NCBI RefSeq assembly: GCF_009834535.1
Contig: NC_045707.1
Span: 47,494,001-47,558,000, forward strand
Length of the DNA stretch: 64,000 nt
Direction of reading: 5' to 3'
Source: Camelus ferus
Taxonomy: Eukaryota
Position numbers and translations under genes: made by a program. Each line of letters starts with the position of its first letter. Position 1 is the stretch's first letter. Below, piece by piece: positions 61,814 to 64,000 of this stretch. The notes beneath the pieces were generated by a model, which made no database searches, was not told the origin of the DNA, and saw only the letters and a list, made by a program, of their open reading frames with translations.

Positions 61814-62989
61814 GTAGTGATATGACATTTATTTACTTTTTGTGGGAGAAAAAACTTTGCAGTTAAAATAATAATATGGTAACACAGATGAGTTGCAACA
61901 AAGAAAAATTTACATATGCTCAAAATTTTTCTAAGTTTAATGTATAAATGCATCTAATTATATGATTAAATATCTAAGTCTGGATTTCCATTCACTATAA
62001 CCATGTTGTGAGATAATTCTTATTTAAAATTCTAGCACTACTCATTTGTCTGGTAGACATAAAACCACCTTTTTGTAAAATAACATTTAACTATGTTGAG
62101 AATAATTTATACATTTCTAGTGTATTAGAAAATTTTAAAAGAATTTAAAATTAAATTTATCTTTATGGGAAAATGAGAAACAAAAATCACAAAGTGGGAT
62201 ATATTTAAATATTCAGTAGTGTAGGTTTCATATAGTTGGAATAGCTTGTTTATTTTATGTTACATCATAATGAGTTCCATTTCCAACCCTATGCTAATTT
62301 ATTAACCATCTGTTCTTCATCTTAAATGTTTTAATATTTGTCCAGACCAAGAGTTGATAAAAATGGATTGAACTTACTATTTGAACCAAATGAATTTTCT
62401 CCACCATTGGTATGTGCACATTAAATAGTCCATGGAGAAGAGAGATGTAAAATCTCTAGTATGTAGAAACAAATATGTCATTAAGAGTTGGCTTATCATA
62501 TTACTAGAGGAAAAAAAAATTAACCCCACAAATATGTATTGTGTGTTGATCACTGTTTTTGTAACTATTTTGTGGCCACTTTACAAAGGAGTAATTTTCT
62601 AGTAACACAAACAAGAGTAGACAAATTTGTCTATCTTTGTGTGTGTGTGTTATTGTATAATCTTAAATCAGAATGTAATTATCATATAGATAATTAGAAT
62701 GTATTCTATCAAGTAGAATGTAATATATACTTTGTTATATGATTTTATACTTGGTCAGTTTTTTTCAAAATCTATTAGCCTCATATTCAAATATTCCCTA
62801 GATCTTCATTTTTATAGCACCATAACTTAGTTAATTAAAAAAGCTATTTAGCACATTTTTAATTAAATTACTAGTTACAATAAGATTTTTTTTCAGATTT
62901 ATGATTGATGTATATTGACTATACTTTACATGACTTTACTTGATGACACCTTAAAGATTATGAGATTTAGAGAAAATTTTCTTATTGGT

Positions 62990-63349
62990 AGTTGTCTTAA
63001 TTTGGAGTGCTATAACAAAAATACCATAGATTAGGTGGCTTAAAACAATAAACATTTATCTTTCACCATTCTGGAGACTGGTAAGTTTAAGATACAAGTG
63101 CCTGGCATATCTAGTGTCTAGTGAGAACCTGCATCCTGGCTTGTAGACAGCTGCCTTGTTGCTGTATCCTCAGATGACTAATAGAGATCATCTCATGTGT
63201 TGCTTCTTATATAAGGGCACTAATCCCACTCATGAGGGCTCCACCCTCATGACCATATGACCTCCCAAAGGCCCCACCTCCAAATACCATCACATTGAGG
63301 ATCTAGGCTTTGATATATGAATTTTGGGAGGTCACAAACATCCATAGCA
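62990..63349 (-). mobile_element. MLT1A-like MaLR solo LTR
   Basis: GCTATAACAAAAATACCATAGATTAGGTGGCTTAAA...AAGGGCACTAATCCCACTCATGAGGGCTCCACCCTCATGAC...CCATAGCA. Confidence 0.85.
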
Positions 63350-64000
63350 GTAGTTCACTTATGTTAATATATGGATGCTAGAAAAAGGAACCTTGGGGAG
63401 GACAGCATTTTGGAGGAGTGTTGGATAGTAAGCCACTCTCTATAAATTAGACTTGAAATTTGGAGTAACTAGAGAATCATTGAAAGGCAAGAATAGTTTG
63501 GTTTTTATTTAAGAACAGTGTAGTATCACGGAAGGAAGATGAATTTTAGAGCCACACGGAGCTGAATTTAAATTTTACTTGACACACATTAGGTTTATGG
63601 TCACAGGGAAGTTAATCTTCTGAGCTAAATAGAATGGGGTCTTAGAGTTGTAAAGATATAATAATATCTTTATTATTTATAACTATAAAGATGTAATAAT
63701 GTATTTAAAGTACCTAGTGCTGTGCCCAGTGCCATGTGGAAGCAAAATAGTTGTTGGATAGTATATGGAAGTACAGCAAACTATGATCTAAGAGTGTCAA
63801 TGTGCATGGTAGACCACACAGTGATGGTCTGTGGAAACTTCACTGGCCCACAGTAACATAATAAAAAACAAGACTAATGCTTAAATGGTTATAGATGTAT
63901 ATGTGTACACACAATGTATATATAAACACACATATACTGACATACATTTTTTATGTGATTGTTCGGGAGGCACTGATGAAGGATTCAGCAAAGCTATGTC

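Overview
Mammalian genomic DNA, most likely a camelid (inferred from two Vic-1-like tRNA-derived SINEs). It is AT-rich and CpG-poor, with one 100-N gap at 10466-10565. From the gap onward the window holds 19 consecutive + strand coding exons of EEA1 (early endosome antigen 1; inferred exons 3-21, from the C2H2 zinc finger into the long coiled coil); the gene is incomplete at both ends. As assembled, the EEA1 frame is broken twice: an in-frame TGA in exon 5 (14393-14395) and a 1-bp deletion in exon 10 (~26361). This copy is therefore a young pseudogene/duplicate, a null allele, or carries assembly errors. The first 10.5 kb is a nest of retroelements, including a young S100A10 processed retrocopy with an intact ORF and a perfect 20-bp target-site duplication (TSD). 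Intron 11 holds a TSD-flanked, internally deleted antisense L1 whose 5' end carries a 38-bp exact copy of the exon-12 splice acceptor. I see no evidence for a wholly new multi-gene system. Exon numbers, human residue comparisons and repeat family names come from my recollection of reference sequences, not from a search.
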